This document shows positions 26,948 to 36,170 of a DNA stretch of 64,000 bases, piece after piece. Made by a program: the position numbers and the translations under genes. Location: positions 54,306 through 118,305 of the forward strand of contig JAQUNI010000001.1 in the NCBI GenBank assembly GCA_028717685.1, read 5' to 3'. Every line of letters starts with the position of its first letter. The first letter of the stretch is position 1. Origin of the DNA: Patescibacteria group bacterium. Lineage in GTDB: Bacteria > Patescibacteriota > JAQUNI01. A model generated the notes under the pieces. The model was not told the DNA's origin. It was given only the letters and a program-made list of their open reading frames with translations, and ran no database searches.

Positions 26948-27766
26948 CTAACGGGGATTTTTAAACTTTGCATTATTTACCAGTTCCACCAGATTCATAA
27001 GGAGCATCATCACGGTCATTGGTCCGACGCCGCCCGGCACAGGCGCCAGAAAAGAAGCTTTTTTCTTCACGCTCGCCGCTTCCACATCCCCTTGGATTTT
27101 TCCCGCCCTCCAGCTCGTACCGGCATCAATTACGACGGCTCCTTTCTTGATCATCGTCCTGCGAATTAAATTGGGTTTACCCACACCCGAAATAATGATA
27201 TCAGCTTTTTTAACTTGAGCGGCTAGAGCTTTTGTATTTTGATCGTAAACCTTTACGCTTGCGCCTAGTTTTTGCATTAAACGCGCCGTTGGCTCGCCCA
27301 CTAATTTCCCCGCTCCCACTACCGCTACTTTCCGACCCTTCACTCCAATCTTATATTCCGCAAGAAGCGCGGCAATTCCTAAAGCCACAGGCGAGACGAC
27401 AGCGCGATTTTTAAAACCCTCTACGTCCATCTTCTTGGGTATACATTTCAAGACTTGATCTCTATCAATACCTTGAGGCAGGGGCAATTGTACCACTACG
27501 CCGTGAGGTTTTTTTTCTTTAATCGCTAAACGCAATATTTGGCAAATCTTTGGAGCGGGAGAAGAGGGAGGCAAAGTGACTAAGGAAAAGCTGACCCCCA
27601 AGGAATGGCAAATTTCCTTTTTCTTGCGCACAAAAATTCGGGAGGCTCGATCCTGTCCGACCATCAAAACTAAAAGGCGAGGCTTTATAGATAGGCCCTT
27701 TATCTCCTTCTGAAGATAATGAAAAAAATTTCGGGCTAGTTTTTTACCATCTAAAATCTGGAACAT
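26948..27766 (-). CDS. folD: bifunctional methylenetetrahydrofolate dehydrogenase/cyclohydrolase
   Basis: 272 aa. VVGAGKLVGEP and PVPGGVGPMTV motifs. Confidence 0.9.
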   Translation of the reverse strand: MFQILDGKKLARNFFHYLQKEIKGLSIKPRLLVLMVGQDRASRIFVRKKKEICHSLGVSFSLVTLPPSSPAPKICQILRLAIKEKKPHGVVVQLPLPQGIDRDQVLKCIPKKMDVEGFKNRAVVSPVALGIAALLAEYKIGVKGRKVAVVGAGKLVGEPTARLMQKLGASVKVYDQNTKALAAQVKKADIIISGVGKPNLIRRTMIKKGAVVIDAGTSWRAGKIQGDVEAASVKKKASFLAPVPGGVGPMTVMMLLMNLVELVNNAKFKNPR

Positions 27767-27772
27767 AATATT

Positions 27773-27807
27773 GGTAATCAGTAATTAGTAATTAGTAATT
27801 GGTAATC
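27773..27807. repeat. tandem heptamer array (ggtaatc agtaatt agtaatt agtaatt ggtaatc)
   Basis: Five exact-period heptamers starting 7 nt from the folD start codon. An adjacent core of about 50 nt (27836-27890) resembles 32626-32678. Confidence 0.75.
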
Positions 27808-27897
27808 GGGAGTCCTATAAATTACAAAATTTTTGAAAAGGAGTGAGCAAGAAAATTAGAGACAAATACTTAATTCCTGCTTCCTGATTTGTTCTTC

Positions 27898-29823
27898 CTA
27901 CTGCCTATTGAAATACCACTCTAACACATTTTTTGCGATAGGCACGGCTGCTGCTTCACCGCCACCGCCGCCTTCAATTAAAATAGTAAGTGCAATTTTA
28001 GGGTGGTCGTAAGGCGCAAAACCAGTAAACCAAGCATGGGTAGGCTGTCCGCTGCCCGCAAATTGCGCGGTGCCTGTTTTTCCCGCCACCGCCACGGGAA
28101 GGCTATTAAGCAAACGGGCGGAACCTTCGGTCACGGTTTGGCGCATACCTTGCCGCACCACCTCTAAACTTTTGCTACTAATAAAATCTTTTCGGATAAT
28201 CTCGGGGGAGATTTCTGTTTCTTTTTTTTCTATCTCATCAATCATCTTGTAGCCAATCTTTGGCTTGTAAAGAATCCCGCCATTCGCAATAGTAGCAATA
28301 TAATTAGTAAGCTGCAAGGGACTCACTAAAATATCCCCTTGGCCAATACTCGCGTGATAAGTGTCTCCGATGTACCATTGTTCCCCTTTGACTTTTTCTT
28401 TCCATGCCGCATCAGGCACGAGGCCCGCTGCTTCTCCCGGTAAATCCACGCCGAGAGGGGCATTAAAACCAAACTTACTTGCCCAGGCTTTTATTCTATC
28501 TATTCCTAAACCCTCAATTCCAATGTCTTCATTTCCTCCGCCTACCATATAAAAAAACACATTGCAGGACTCGGCAATCGCGCGTCTGACATCCACCGCG
28601 CCGTGGGCTTTCCAGTCCGGAAAATTCCAAACCGTCCCTCCCCAACCTTGGTAAATGAGATTCCCCGGGCAATTCACTACTTCCGACGGGGTAATAATTT
28701 TTTCCTCTAAAGCGGCGGCGGCGATGAGAGGTTTGATAATGGAACCCGGGGGATATTCTCCGGAAATCGCTCGATTAAACAAAGGCTCGCTAGGATCACG
28801 ATTCAACTCGTTCAATTTCTCTTCTGAAATCCCTTGGGTAAAAAGGTTATTATCATAAAAAGGGAAATTAACCAGCGCTAGAATGTGGCCATTCTCCGGA
28901 TCCATAGCCACAACGGCTGCTCTTTCTGTTTTTGTTTGAGAAAGCATTGCCTTAACTTCCTCGGCAATCTTTTTTTCCAATTCTAGGTCCAAAGAGAGCT
29001 GCAAACTGCGACCCGCCTCGGGACTTTCTTGCCCGATGATCTTGGCAATTTGCCCGCGCGAATTTACCTCCGCAATCTTGCGACCATTTTTACCTTTTAA
29101 GACTTGTTCGTAGGAATATTCCACACCTTGTTTGCCAATATAATCGGTTAAAAAATAGCCCTGCTCTTTGTTCGCGGCGTACTCTTCCGGCGAAATCCTG
29201 CCGGTATAACCTATAATATGGGAAATAAGTTCCCCGCCAAGATATTCCCGCACAGGAGAACTAAGAAGACTAATCCCGGGCAGAGAAGATAATTTTGCGT
29301 CCAGAATTAACGCCTGGTCGCGCCCTAAATTACGCACCAAGATTTCCGGTTCATAAGAATGAGGATCCGCCTCCTGAAAAGCGGTCTCAATCTCTGTCGC
29401 GTCTTTCCCTAAAATCTGGGCTAAATTTTCAATAAAACTTTTTCTCTCGGGAGGAGGAGGCAAATCCGCAGGAATGAACACAACCTCGAAATTGGGAATG
29501 TTGCGCACCAATAAGTTACCCTTCTGATCATAAATAACGCCCCGAGGAGCCGCCAGGCTTAAAGTGCGAATCCGATTACTTTCCGCTTCCCTGGTGTAAG
29601 ACTCCCCAGCTAAAATCTGCAGGGAAAAAATACGCCAACCCAAGATCAAAAAACAAATAATCACTACCAATCTGAAAAGACTCAAGCGCCCTAAGCGGAA
29701 ACGCAGATCCGCCGGCCTTAAATCATCCTCTTGCGCAAAACCTTCCTGTCCCTCCCAATCCTTCTCCGCTAAAAACTTTTCGGAAATCTTAAATTCGGAT
29801 TTTGAAAAATTAAAAAAATGCAT
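27898..29823 (-). CDS. mrdA: penicillin-binding protein 2 (elongasome transpeptidase)
   Basis: 641 aa with an N-terminal TM. Transpeptidase motifs SIIK (SxxK), SCN (SxN) and KTGTA. It sits downstream of mreBCD. Confidence 0.9.
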   Translation of the reverse strand: MHFFNFSKSEFKISEKFLAEKDWEGQEGFAQEDDLRPADLRFRLGRLSLFRLVVIICFLILGWRIFSLQILAGESYTREAESNRIRTLSLAAPRGVIYDQKGNLLVRNIPNFEVVFIPADLPPPPERKSFIENLAQILGKDATEIETAFQEADPHSYEPEILVRNLGRDQALILDAKLSSLPGISLLSSPVREYLGGELISHIIGYTGRISPEEYAANKEQGYFLTDYIGKQGVEYSYEQVLKGKNGRKIAEVNSRGQIAKIIGQESPEAGRSLQLSLDLELEKKIAEEVKAMLSQTKTERAAVVAMDPENGHILALVNFPFYDNNLFTQGISEEKLNELNRDPSEPLFNRAISGEYPPGSIIKPLIAAAALEEKIITPSEVVNCPGNLIYQGWGGTVWNFPDWKAHGAVDVRRAIAESCNVFFYMVGGGNEDIGIEGLGIDRIKAWASKFGFNAPLGVDLPGEAAGLVPDAAWKEKVKGEQWYIGDTYHASIGQGDILVSPLQLTNYIATIANGGILYKPKIGYKMIDEIEKKETEISPEIIRKDFISSKSLEVVRQGMRQTVTEGSARLLNSLPVAVAGKTGTAQFAGSGQPTHAWFTGFAPYDHPKIALTILIEGGGGGEAAAVPIAKNVLEWYFNRQ

Positions 29824-29950
29824 TAATGGTTCGGCACAGCTCCTTAAGCTTTGCCCTGTAATCCGCCTAAGGCGGACAGGGCTTTGCCGAAGGATTAAAG
29901 TATAAGTCCGCCCAGCCGTATGGCGTGCGCGGCCTGCCTGCCTCCTTTTT
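29824..29950. other. GC-rich structured spacer inside the mreD-mrdA junction
   Basis: Nested stems are ttcggca/tgccgaa, ccctgt/acaggg, ccgcc/ggcgg and ggcggac/gtccgcc. Composition is very different from the AT-rich heptamer spacers. Confidence 0.4.
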
Positions 29951-30505
29951 TTATTTAATTTGTTCTTCTGTCTTTAATAATACAGAATAACAATATCTTA
30001 ATATCCTGTAGCTCAATATTGTCACCGCTAAATTATAAAATATTGTGGGCAAAACCAGATATTTTAAATCATAAAATAAATCTATTTGAAGATCGCTTAA
30101 GCGCATCCAGCTAAAAAGTTTTACCAAAATAATCAGGGCTAAATTGTAAATCATACTGCCTAAAATAGTCATGAGAATAATCGCGCTCACGCCCCTTTCT
30201 CTGAATAACTTAAGAGATAATATTCTGACCAAGAAGATAACTAAAATAAAACTTAGAGTTACCACCCCGAAAGGAAGACTGGAACTAAAGTCTAAAAAAA
30301 GCAAAAATGGGAAATACCATTTCAAGGTTGTCTTGACTCCGAGGGTAAGAAAACAAATTAAGAAACCAATCAAAATAAAGTTTGGCCTCGCTAATCCAAT
30401 ACTTAAATGAGGTCCCCAAACCAACTCCAGAAAAAGTAAAAATAATAAAATCAGCAAGAAAAAAAATTTATTCATAATAGTTAAGCTTGCGGCAAAATTC
30501 TCCAT
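29951..30505 (-). CDS. mreD: rod shape-determining protein MreD
   Basis: 184 aa with about five TM helices, positioned between mreC and mrdA. The call is by synteny and topology. The start may be Met11. Confidence 0.6.
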   Translation of the reverse strand: MENFAASLTIMNKFFFLLILLFLLFLELVWGPHLSIGLARPNFILIGFLICFLTLGVKTTLKWYFPFLLFLDFSSSLPFGVVTLSFILVIFLVRILSLKLFRERGVSAIILMTILGSMIYNLALIILVKLFSWMRLSDLQIDLFYDLKYLVLPTIFYNLAVTILSYRILRYCYSVLLKTEEQIK

Positions 30506-30579
30506 TTAAAAGATGCGGACCACACCTATCTCCTTAAAATCTTCAATCTGAAGGATTGATGGTTCGGCTTCGCTCACCA

Positions 30580-31410
30580 TTAATCATTGAGCGTAGTTGA
30601 AGAGTTGACATCCGTCACGACCAGCACCTTTTCTAATTTTGAAAAGTTCACATAAGACCGCACTTGGGCTTTTTGGAAAAGTTCACCGCTATTACTTTCC
30701 ACCTTCACAATTTCACCAATCACTAACCCTTTGGGCAATTCACCGGAAAGCCCAGAGGTAATAACTATATCCCCGACCTGCACAATCTCGTTTTGGGGAA
30801 TCATCTCCATTGTCAATCCCAAACCATGCTGACCATAAATATTACCACTTGCTCGCGAATCAATAATTAAAGCGTTCACCACGCTATTTTGATCAGTAAT
30901 TAATAAAACGGTCGCTGTTTTGGAAAAAACTTCAATTACCTTGCCGACCAAAAATCCTTCCCCGAAAATCACGGGCGCGCCAACCCTGACATTATCTTGC
31001 GCGCCGCGATTGATTTTCAGACTCTGAATGAGATTGTCCGGATTCCGCCCAATGACTTCAGCGTCAATTCCTCTCACTCCTCCCTTCTCTTTAAATTTTA
31101 ATTGATCACGTAAAAACACGTTTTCCTTCTCTATTTCTCTTAATCTCACATTTTCCGCAATTAAATGATAATTCTCTTCACTTAAACCTTGGTTTTCCCG
31201 CGCGAGATCTCGGATCGCCGTCAAGAGATGAAAAAAATTATCAATTTTATTGACTGTTTTAAAAGCCGCTCTTTCCACGGACGCAGTAACAACAAAAATC
31301 GCATTTTCCACAGGACGCAAAACCTTCACGTAATGCAAAAAAATGAGCAGTGTAATCACGCCCATTGCTAATAAAATCATACCCGATTTAGAACGAAAAA
31401 AACGAGGCAT
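30580..31410 (-). CDS. mreC: rod shape-determining protein MreC
   Basis: 276 aa with an N-terminal TM, a coiled coil, then beta-barrel repeats (VITSGLSGELPKGLVIGEIV). Confidence 0.85.
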   Translation of the reverse strand: MPRFFRSKSGMILLAMGVITLLIFLHYVKVLRPVENAIFVVTASVERAAFKTVNKIDNFFHLLTAIRDLARENQGLSEENYHLIAENVRLREIEKENVFLRDQLKFKEKGGVRGIDAEVIGRNPDNLIQSLKINRGAQDNVRVGAPVIFGEGFLVGKVIEVFSKTATVLLITDQNSVVNALIIDSRASGNIYGQHGLGLTMEMIPQNEIVQVGDIVITSGLSGELPKGLVIGEIVKVESNSGELFQKAQVRSYVNFSKLEKVLVVTDVNSSTTLND

Positions 31411-31414
31411 AAAA

Positions 31415-31519
31415 AAGCGTAAAGTGAAAAGTGTAAAGCGTAAAGTGTAAAAAATAATAACCCAGTATTTTAAGTTGCACGCTGTTCATTTTATGCTTTA
31501 CGCTTTAAGTTTTAAGCTT
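31415..31519. repeat. heptamer-array hairpin (gtaaagc/gtaaagt words)
   Basis: 31433-31452 gtaaagcgtaaagtgtaaaa pairs with 31489-31508 ttttatgctttacgctttaa at 17/20 positions. The loop is 36 nt. It lies between the mreB stop and the mreC start. Confidence 0.7.
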
Positions 31520-32559
31520 TATTTATACTGCGTGTCCACCAACACCTCGCGCAAGAGGTCTAAATTTTCTAAGACCATGCCCGCGCCCCGAACAACACAA
31601 GTCAAGGGATCATTGGCGATCTGGACGGGCATCTGCGTCTCGCGTGCGACAAGACGGTCAAGACCGCGCAGGAGCGCGCCTCCGCCCGCCAAAATAATAC
31701 CCCGATCCATAATATCCGCGACAAGTTCAGGAGGGGTTTCCTCAATCGTTCCTTTAATATTAGAAACTAGATTTCTGATGGAACGCGATAAGGCTTCGCG
31801 CACCTGACTATCATTAATAATCACCTCCTTTGGCAGACCCGTGACGAGGTCCCGACCGCGCAACTTTGCTTCCAAGGGTTTCTTCAAAGGCCAAGCCGAG
31901 CCAATGGCGATTTTAATTTCTTCGGCTTTCCTTTCGCCGATTAATAAATTAAAGTGGTCGCGGGAATATTGAATAACATTCTCGTTTAATTCATCTCCCG
32001 CAATCCGCAACGATCGCGCCACCACGCCCCCGCCCAGAGAAATTACCGCCATCTCGGTTGTGCCGCCGCCGATATCCACAATCATACTTCCCGAAGCATC
32101 TTGCACGGGAAGGCGGGAACCGATGGCCGCGGCCATCGGTTCTTCAATCAAGAAAGCTTGCCTCGCGCCAGCCGTGCGCGTGGCATCCTCCACCGCTCGC
32201 CGCTCCACTTCGGTGCAGCCCGAAGGAATGCCAATCACTACCCTAGGTCGCGGAATAAGAGTGAACATTCCTTGGTGCACCTTCTGAATAAAATATTTTA
32301 ACATCTGCTCGGTCACTTCAAAATCAGAAATCACCCCGTCCACAAGTGGACGAGTGGCTACAATATGCATCGGCGTTCTTCCCACCATCTTTTTCGCTTC
32401 ATTGCCAATTGCCAAAACCTGACCCGTCTTCGTATTCATAGCCACGACCGAAGGCTCATTGATGACGATGCCTTTCCCACGCACATACACTAAGGTATTC
32501 GCTGTCCCTAAATCAATGCCGATGTCGCGGGAAAAAGCGCCTAAAAAACGATTAAACAT
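31519..32559 (-). CDS. mreB: rod shape-determining protein MreB
   Basis: 346 aa. GIDLGTANTLVYV, DIGGGTTE and GGGALLRGLD. Confidence 0.95.
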   Translation of the reverse strand: MFNRFLGAFSRDIGIDLGTANTLVYVRGKGIVINEPSVVAMNTKTGQVLAIGNEAKKMVGRTPMHIVATRPLVDGVISDFEVTEQMLKYFIQKVHQGMFTLIPRPRVVIGIPSGCTEVERRAVEDATRTAGARQAFLIEEPMAAAIGSRLPVQDASGSMIVDIGGGTTEMAVISLGGGVVARSLRIAGDELNENVIQYSRDHFNLLIGERKAEEIKIAIGSAWPLKKPLEAKLRGRDLVTGLPKEVIINDSQVREALSRSIRNLVSNIKGTIEETPPELVADIMDRGIILAGGGALLRGLDRLVARETQMPVQIANDPLTCVVRGAGMVLENLDLLREVLVDTQYK

Positions 32560-32562
32560 AAT

Positions 32563-32696
32563 TTGGAATTAGGAATAGAGAATAATGAATAAGGAATAAG
32601 GAATTCTGAAAGTTACGCAATTCCTAAAAAAGGAGTAAGCAGAAATCTAAGGCAAACGCTTAACTCCTGCTTCCTAATTCCTGATTCCTGATTCCC
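32563..32696. repeat. heptamer-array hairpin (ggaatta/ggaataa versus attcctg/attccta)
   Basis: 32587-32605 gaataaggaataaggaatt pairs with 32676-32694 at 17/19 positions. The central core of about 50 nt (32626-32678) is about 80% similar to 27836-27890. Confidence 0.65.
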
Positions 32697-32699
32697 AAC

Positions 32700-34187
32700 C
32701 TAGTACGCTTGGGCGAAGAGCCAGCGATATTTCGCGTCTTTGCCGCAGTAAATACATTTACCTCTCTCTTCCTTTACGTCAAGCTCCAAACATCGCGCAG
32801 TCGCACGAGTTTCTTCTTTAATCTTATCCTCGCATTCGCTCTTCTCACACCAAAAGGCGCGCAGAAAACCCCGCTCCTTCTTCATTATATCTTGAAACTC
32901 CGGATAAGAATCAATAAGATGGGTGTGCTCTTGCGTGAATTTTTGGTGCCGCTCGAAAATCTCTTTTTGCATTATCTCCAGAGCCTTGCGAACCATAGAC
33001 GGCAATTCCGCAAGTTTTATTTTCTCTTTAACAAAATTATCGCGCCTGACTAAAGTCGCCGCTCCCGCTTTCATTTCCCGCTCACCAATTTCCACGCGCA
33101 GAGGCACCCCTTTCAATTCCCACTTATTAAATTTAAAACCGGCAGTTTCTCCTTCTCTTAAATCCACTTCCACGCGGAAATCTTGGAGCGACTCTTTCAC
33201 CTTTTCCGCAAAACCCAATACCTTGTCCTGACTTTCTGTTTTGAATATTGGAATAATGATGACCTGTAGGGGCGCGATTTGCGGAGGGAGAACCAAACCA
33301 TTATCATCGCCGCCCGCCATCACAAGACCGCCGATGCTGCGCGTGGAAAGACCCCAGCTGTTCTGCCAAGGATAAAGATCGCGCCGGTCTTTGTTTTGCA
33401 CGGTCCAATGAAAAGCGCGCGAGAAGTTTTGACCCAAATCGTGCGAAGTGCCACCCTGCAGAGCCCTGCCATCCGGCATCAAAATTTCAAAACTAAAAGT
33501 TTTTGCGGCGCCGGCAAATTTTTCTCTCTCGCTCTTCACGCCCGCGATGCCATAAAGAGATAAAAGCTCATTGTAGACTTTTTTGTATGTTTGAAGCGCC
33601 CACGTTACTGTCTCCAGACTCTCTTTCTGGGTCGCGTGCGCGCAGTGCCCTTCCTGCCACAAAAATTCCGAAGTCCTTAAAAATAAATAGGTTCTTTTCT
33701 CCCAGCGCACTACATTATTCCACTGATTAATCATAATCGGCAAGTCGCGCCAAGACTTCACCCATTTTTTGTACATTTCATACATCACAGTTTCCGAGGT
33801 GGGACGAATCACAAGTTTCTCTTTCAGTTTCTCGCCGCCTGCTTCCGTGACAACAGCCATCTCCGGAGCAAATCCCGCCACATGCTCTTTCTCTTTATTT
33901 AAAAAACTTTCCGGAATAAAAAGGGGAAAATAAGCATTTTGGACGCCATGGGTTTTAATTAAAGGGTCAAGAAAGGCTTGGATTTTCTCCCACAAAGCGT
34001 AACCATAAGGCCTAATAACCATACAGCCCTTCACAGGCGCGTAATCCGCGAGTTCCGCTTTCAAAATAACATCTTGATACCACTTTCTTAGATCTTGGCT
34101 CTTTTTGGTAATTTGTTTAACCCTCCCGCTGTTCGCCTCAGATAAACTGTTTGAGGATTTCGCTTGTTCGGTTTTATTTTTAATCAT
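32700..34187 (-). CDS. proS: proline--tRNA ligase (archaeal/eukaryotic-type architecture)
   Basis: 495 aa. Class II core, no bacterial insertion domain, and a C-terminal zinc-binding domain (CIYCGK ... ending in Y). Confidence 0.95.
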   Translation of the reverse strand: MIKNKTEQAKSSNSLSEANSGRVKQITKKSQDLRKWYQDVILKAELADYAPVKGCMVIRPYGYALWEKIQAFLDPLIKTHGVQNAYFPLFIPESFLNKEKEHVAGFAPEMAVVTEAGGEKLKEKLVIRPTSETVMYEMYKKWVKSWRDLPIMINQWNNVVRWEKRTYLFLRTSEFLWQEGHCAHATQKESLETVTWALQTYKKVYNELLSLYGIAGVKSEREKFAGAAKTFSFEILMPDGRALQGGTSHDLGQNFSRAFHWTVQNKDRRDLYPWQNSWGLSTRSIGGLVMAGGDDNGLVLPPQIAPLQVIIIPIFKTESQDKVLGFAEKVKESLQDFRVEVDLREGETAGFKFNKWELKGVPLRVEIGEREMKAGAATLVRRDNFVKEKIKLAELPSMVRKALEIMQKEIFERHQKFTQEHTHLIDSYPEFQDIMKKERGFLRAFWCEKSECEDKIKEETRATARCLELDVKEERGKCIYCGKDAKYRWLFAQAY

Positions 34188-34212
34188 ATGGATGCAAAAA
34201 ACTTGTAGTGAA

Positions 34213-34243
34213 CCCCATTAGAGAATGAAGTTCTCTAACGGGG
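34213..34243. repeat. CCCCGTTAGAGAA-type palindromic element
   Basis: ccccattagagaa tgaag ttctctaacgggg has one mismatch in 13 bp and is flanked by gtgaa / gtaaa. Confidence 0.75.
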
Positions 34244-34258
34244 TAAATTTATTGAATA

Positions 34259-35356
34259 TTAGAAGAACATTTTAATTTTGTCCACAATGCCGAATTTTAA
34301 AACATCACGCGAAGTAATCATCAGCATCAATCCCATCAAAAGCACAAAACCCACTGTATTAGCCCATCTTTCAAACTTCCGATTCAAAGGGCGACGGATG
34401 ATGCTTTCCACGCCTAAAAAGAGCAGACGCCCGCCATCCAAAGCGGGAAAAGGAAGGATATTGATAATCGCGAGATTAATGGAAAGAAGAGCGGTAAACT
34501 GCATCAAATAAACAAACCCTAAAGCAGTCGCGCGCCCCGTCATCACCGCCACGCCCACGGGACCAGACAGGTCCGCGGAAACTTTTCCCGTCATAATAAT
34601 GTTCGCAACGAGATCATACAAAGTCCGCGCAATGAATTTCACGGCATAAGCAGTATCTATAATTCCCGCTTTCACCGCCTGCAGCAGGGGATAAGAAATA
34701 ATCGCGGTTTTTACAAGCCCCACGCCCATAGGACCGTCGCCCTCGGGAAAATTAACGCGCGGCGTCCCTTTAAGGATAATTAATTCCTTACCCCTTTCAA
34801 CGAGGAAGGTGGTTTCGCTACCGCGCGACGCGTTGATTATTTGCTGCATATCCTCTATTTCTTTAATTTCCTTGCCATTAATCTCGCGCACGGTATCGCC
34901 TATTTCCAAACCTGCGGCTTCAGCGGGCGAACCTTTATTAATCTCCAAAATCTGTACTTTAGGATCCCTAATGTTGCCTTTAACCTCGCCCTCCACCGTC
35001 TGCGGCGCGCCAATCTTGTAGCCCGCGGAAATTAAGACAGCAGCTAAAACAAGGTTCATCACGACCCCTGCCACCAAGGTGAGAGCGCGCTTGCCATAAG
35101 ACTTAGAGGTAAAACTGCGCGGATCTTGCTTTTCTCCTCCGTCTTCACCCTGAATCTTAACAAAACCGCCTAGGGGAATAAGATTCATCGAGTAAACCGT
35201 CTCCCCGCGCCGCACAGCAAAAAGACGCGGCGGAAAGCCGAAGCCGAATTCTTCTACCCCCATTCCGAATTTCTTTGCCATCACAAAATGGCCCAACTCG
35301 TGGACAAAAATCAGCAAACCTAAAATTAAAATAAAAACAAAAAGAGTAAAAAACAT
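34259..35356 (-). CDS. rseP: RIP metalloprotease RseP (site-2 protease, M50)
   Basis: 365 aa. HELGHF, a PDZ domain, and NILPFPALDGGR. Confidence 0.9.
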   Translation of the reverse strand: MFFTLFVFILILGLLIFVHELGHFVMAKKFGMGVEEFGFGFPPRLFAVRRGETVYSMNLIPLGGFVKIQGEDGGEKQDPRSFTSKSYGKRALTLVAGVVMNLVLAAVLISAGYKIGAPQTVEGEVKGNIRDPKVQILEINKGSPAEAAGLEIGDTVREINGKEIKEIEDMQQIINASRGSETTFLVERGKELIILKGTPRVNFPEGDGPMGVGLVKTAIISYPLLQAVKAGIIDTAYAVKFIARTLYDLVANIIMTGKVSADLSGPVGVAVMTGRATALGFVYLMQFTALLSINLAIINILPFPALDGGRLLFLGVESIIRRPLNRKFERWANTVGFVLLMGLMLMITSRDVLKFGIVDKIKMFF

Positions 35357-35365
35357 GGAAAATTT

Positions 35366-35470
35366 CTAATTGACCTAATGTCTAATTTCTAAATAATTCC
35401 CAATGTCTAATAACCAATGACTAAAGAAAAATTTTAGACATTAGACATCAGTTATTAGTTAGGTCAATAT
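35366..35470. repeat. heptamer-array hairpin (ctaatgt/ctaattt words)
   Basis: The outer 10-bp perfect stem is attgacctaa (35369-35378) with ttaggtcaat (35457-35466). The inner arms are built from tgtctaa / ttagaca words. Confidence 0.65.
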
Positions 35471-35480
35471 AAAAATTAGA

Positions 35481-36056
35481 TTAATGAGGCATGATTTCCT
35501 TTTCTTTCTTCTCGCTCATCATTTCTAATTTCAGGGTATATTCCTTGGTCTTCTGATCCAATTCCTCTAAACCACGAAACTTTTCATCCTCGGACATAGC
35601 TCCTTGTTTGGTCGCTTCTTGAACCTCTTCCCTGACCTTGTCACGCCAATGCCGCAAAGCAATCCGACTCTGCTCCAGTTTTTCCCTCAAAACCTTGATG
35701 AGCTGCTCCCTCCTCTCCTCCGTAAGATCAGGGAGTTTAATCCGAATAGCGTCCCCTTCTATGCTCGGATTTAAACCTAAGGGGGAACTCGCAATAGCCT
35801 TTTCCACATCCTTAATCACATTTTGATCCCAAGGTCTCACCACTAATATATTCGGTTCCGGAGCGGAAATGCTGCCTAGCTCTCGAATCTGCATCCGCGA
35901 GCCGTAAACCTCTACGACTAAATTTTCCACCAGAGAAGGATTTGCCCTGCCCGTCCGTATCCCCGCCAATTCTTCACCAAAATGCTTTAATGCCGCATCA
36001 AACTCGGGAGCGTATTTTTTAAAAATTGACTCAAACATATAGTAAGTAAACCCCAT
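35481..36056 (-). CDS. frr: ribosome recycling factor
   Basis: 191 aa with IRTGRANPSLVENL. The start may be Met7. Confidence 0.95.
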   Translation of the reverse strand: MGFTYYMFESIFKKYAPEFDAALKHFGEELAGIRTGRANPSLVENLVVEVYGSRMQIRELGSISAPEPNILVVRPWDQNVIKDVEKAIASSPLGLNPSIEGDAIRIKLPDLTEERREQLIKVLREKLEQSRIALRHWRDKVREEVQEATKQGAMSEDEKFRGLEELDQKTKEYTLKLEMMSEKKEKEIMPH

Positions 36057-36165
36057 TAGAGAACTTCTTTTCTCTAACCCCGTTTGGAAATATGTTTCTA
36101 ACGGGGTCAGCGTCTATATTTTTCCCACCACCGACTTTGTCGGCGGCTTTCTCTAACGGGGTAAA
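36046..36165. repeat. cluster of CCCCGTTAGAGAA-type palindromic elements
   Basis: gtaaaccccattagagaa..ttctctaacccc, ccccgtttggaaatatgtttctaacgggg, and a terminal ctttctctaacggggtaaa. That makes three partial or complete copies in 120 nt. Confidence 0.7.
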
Positions 36166-36170
36166 AATAA

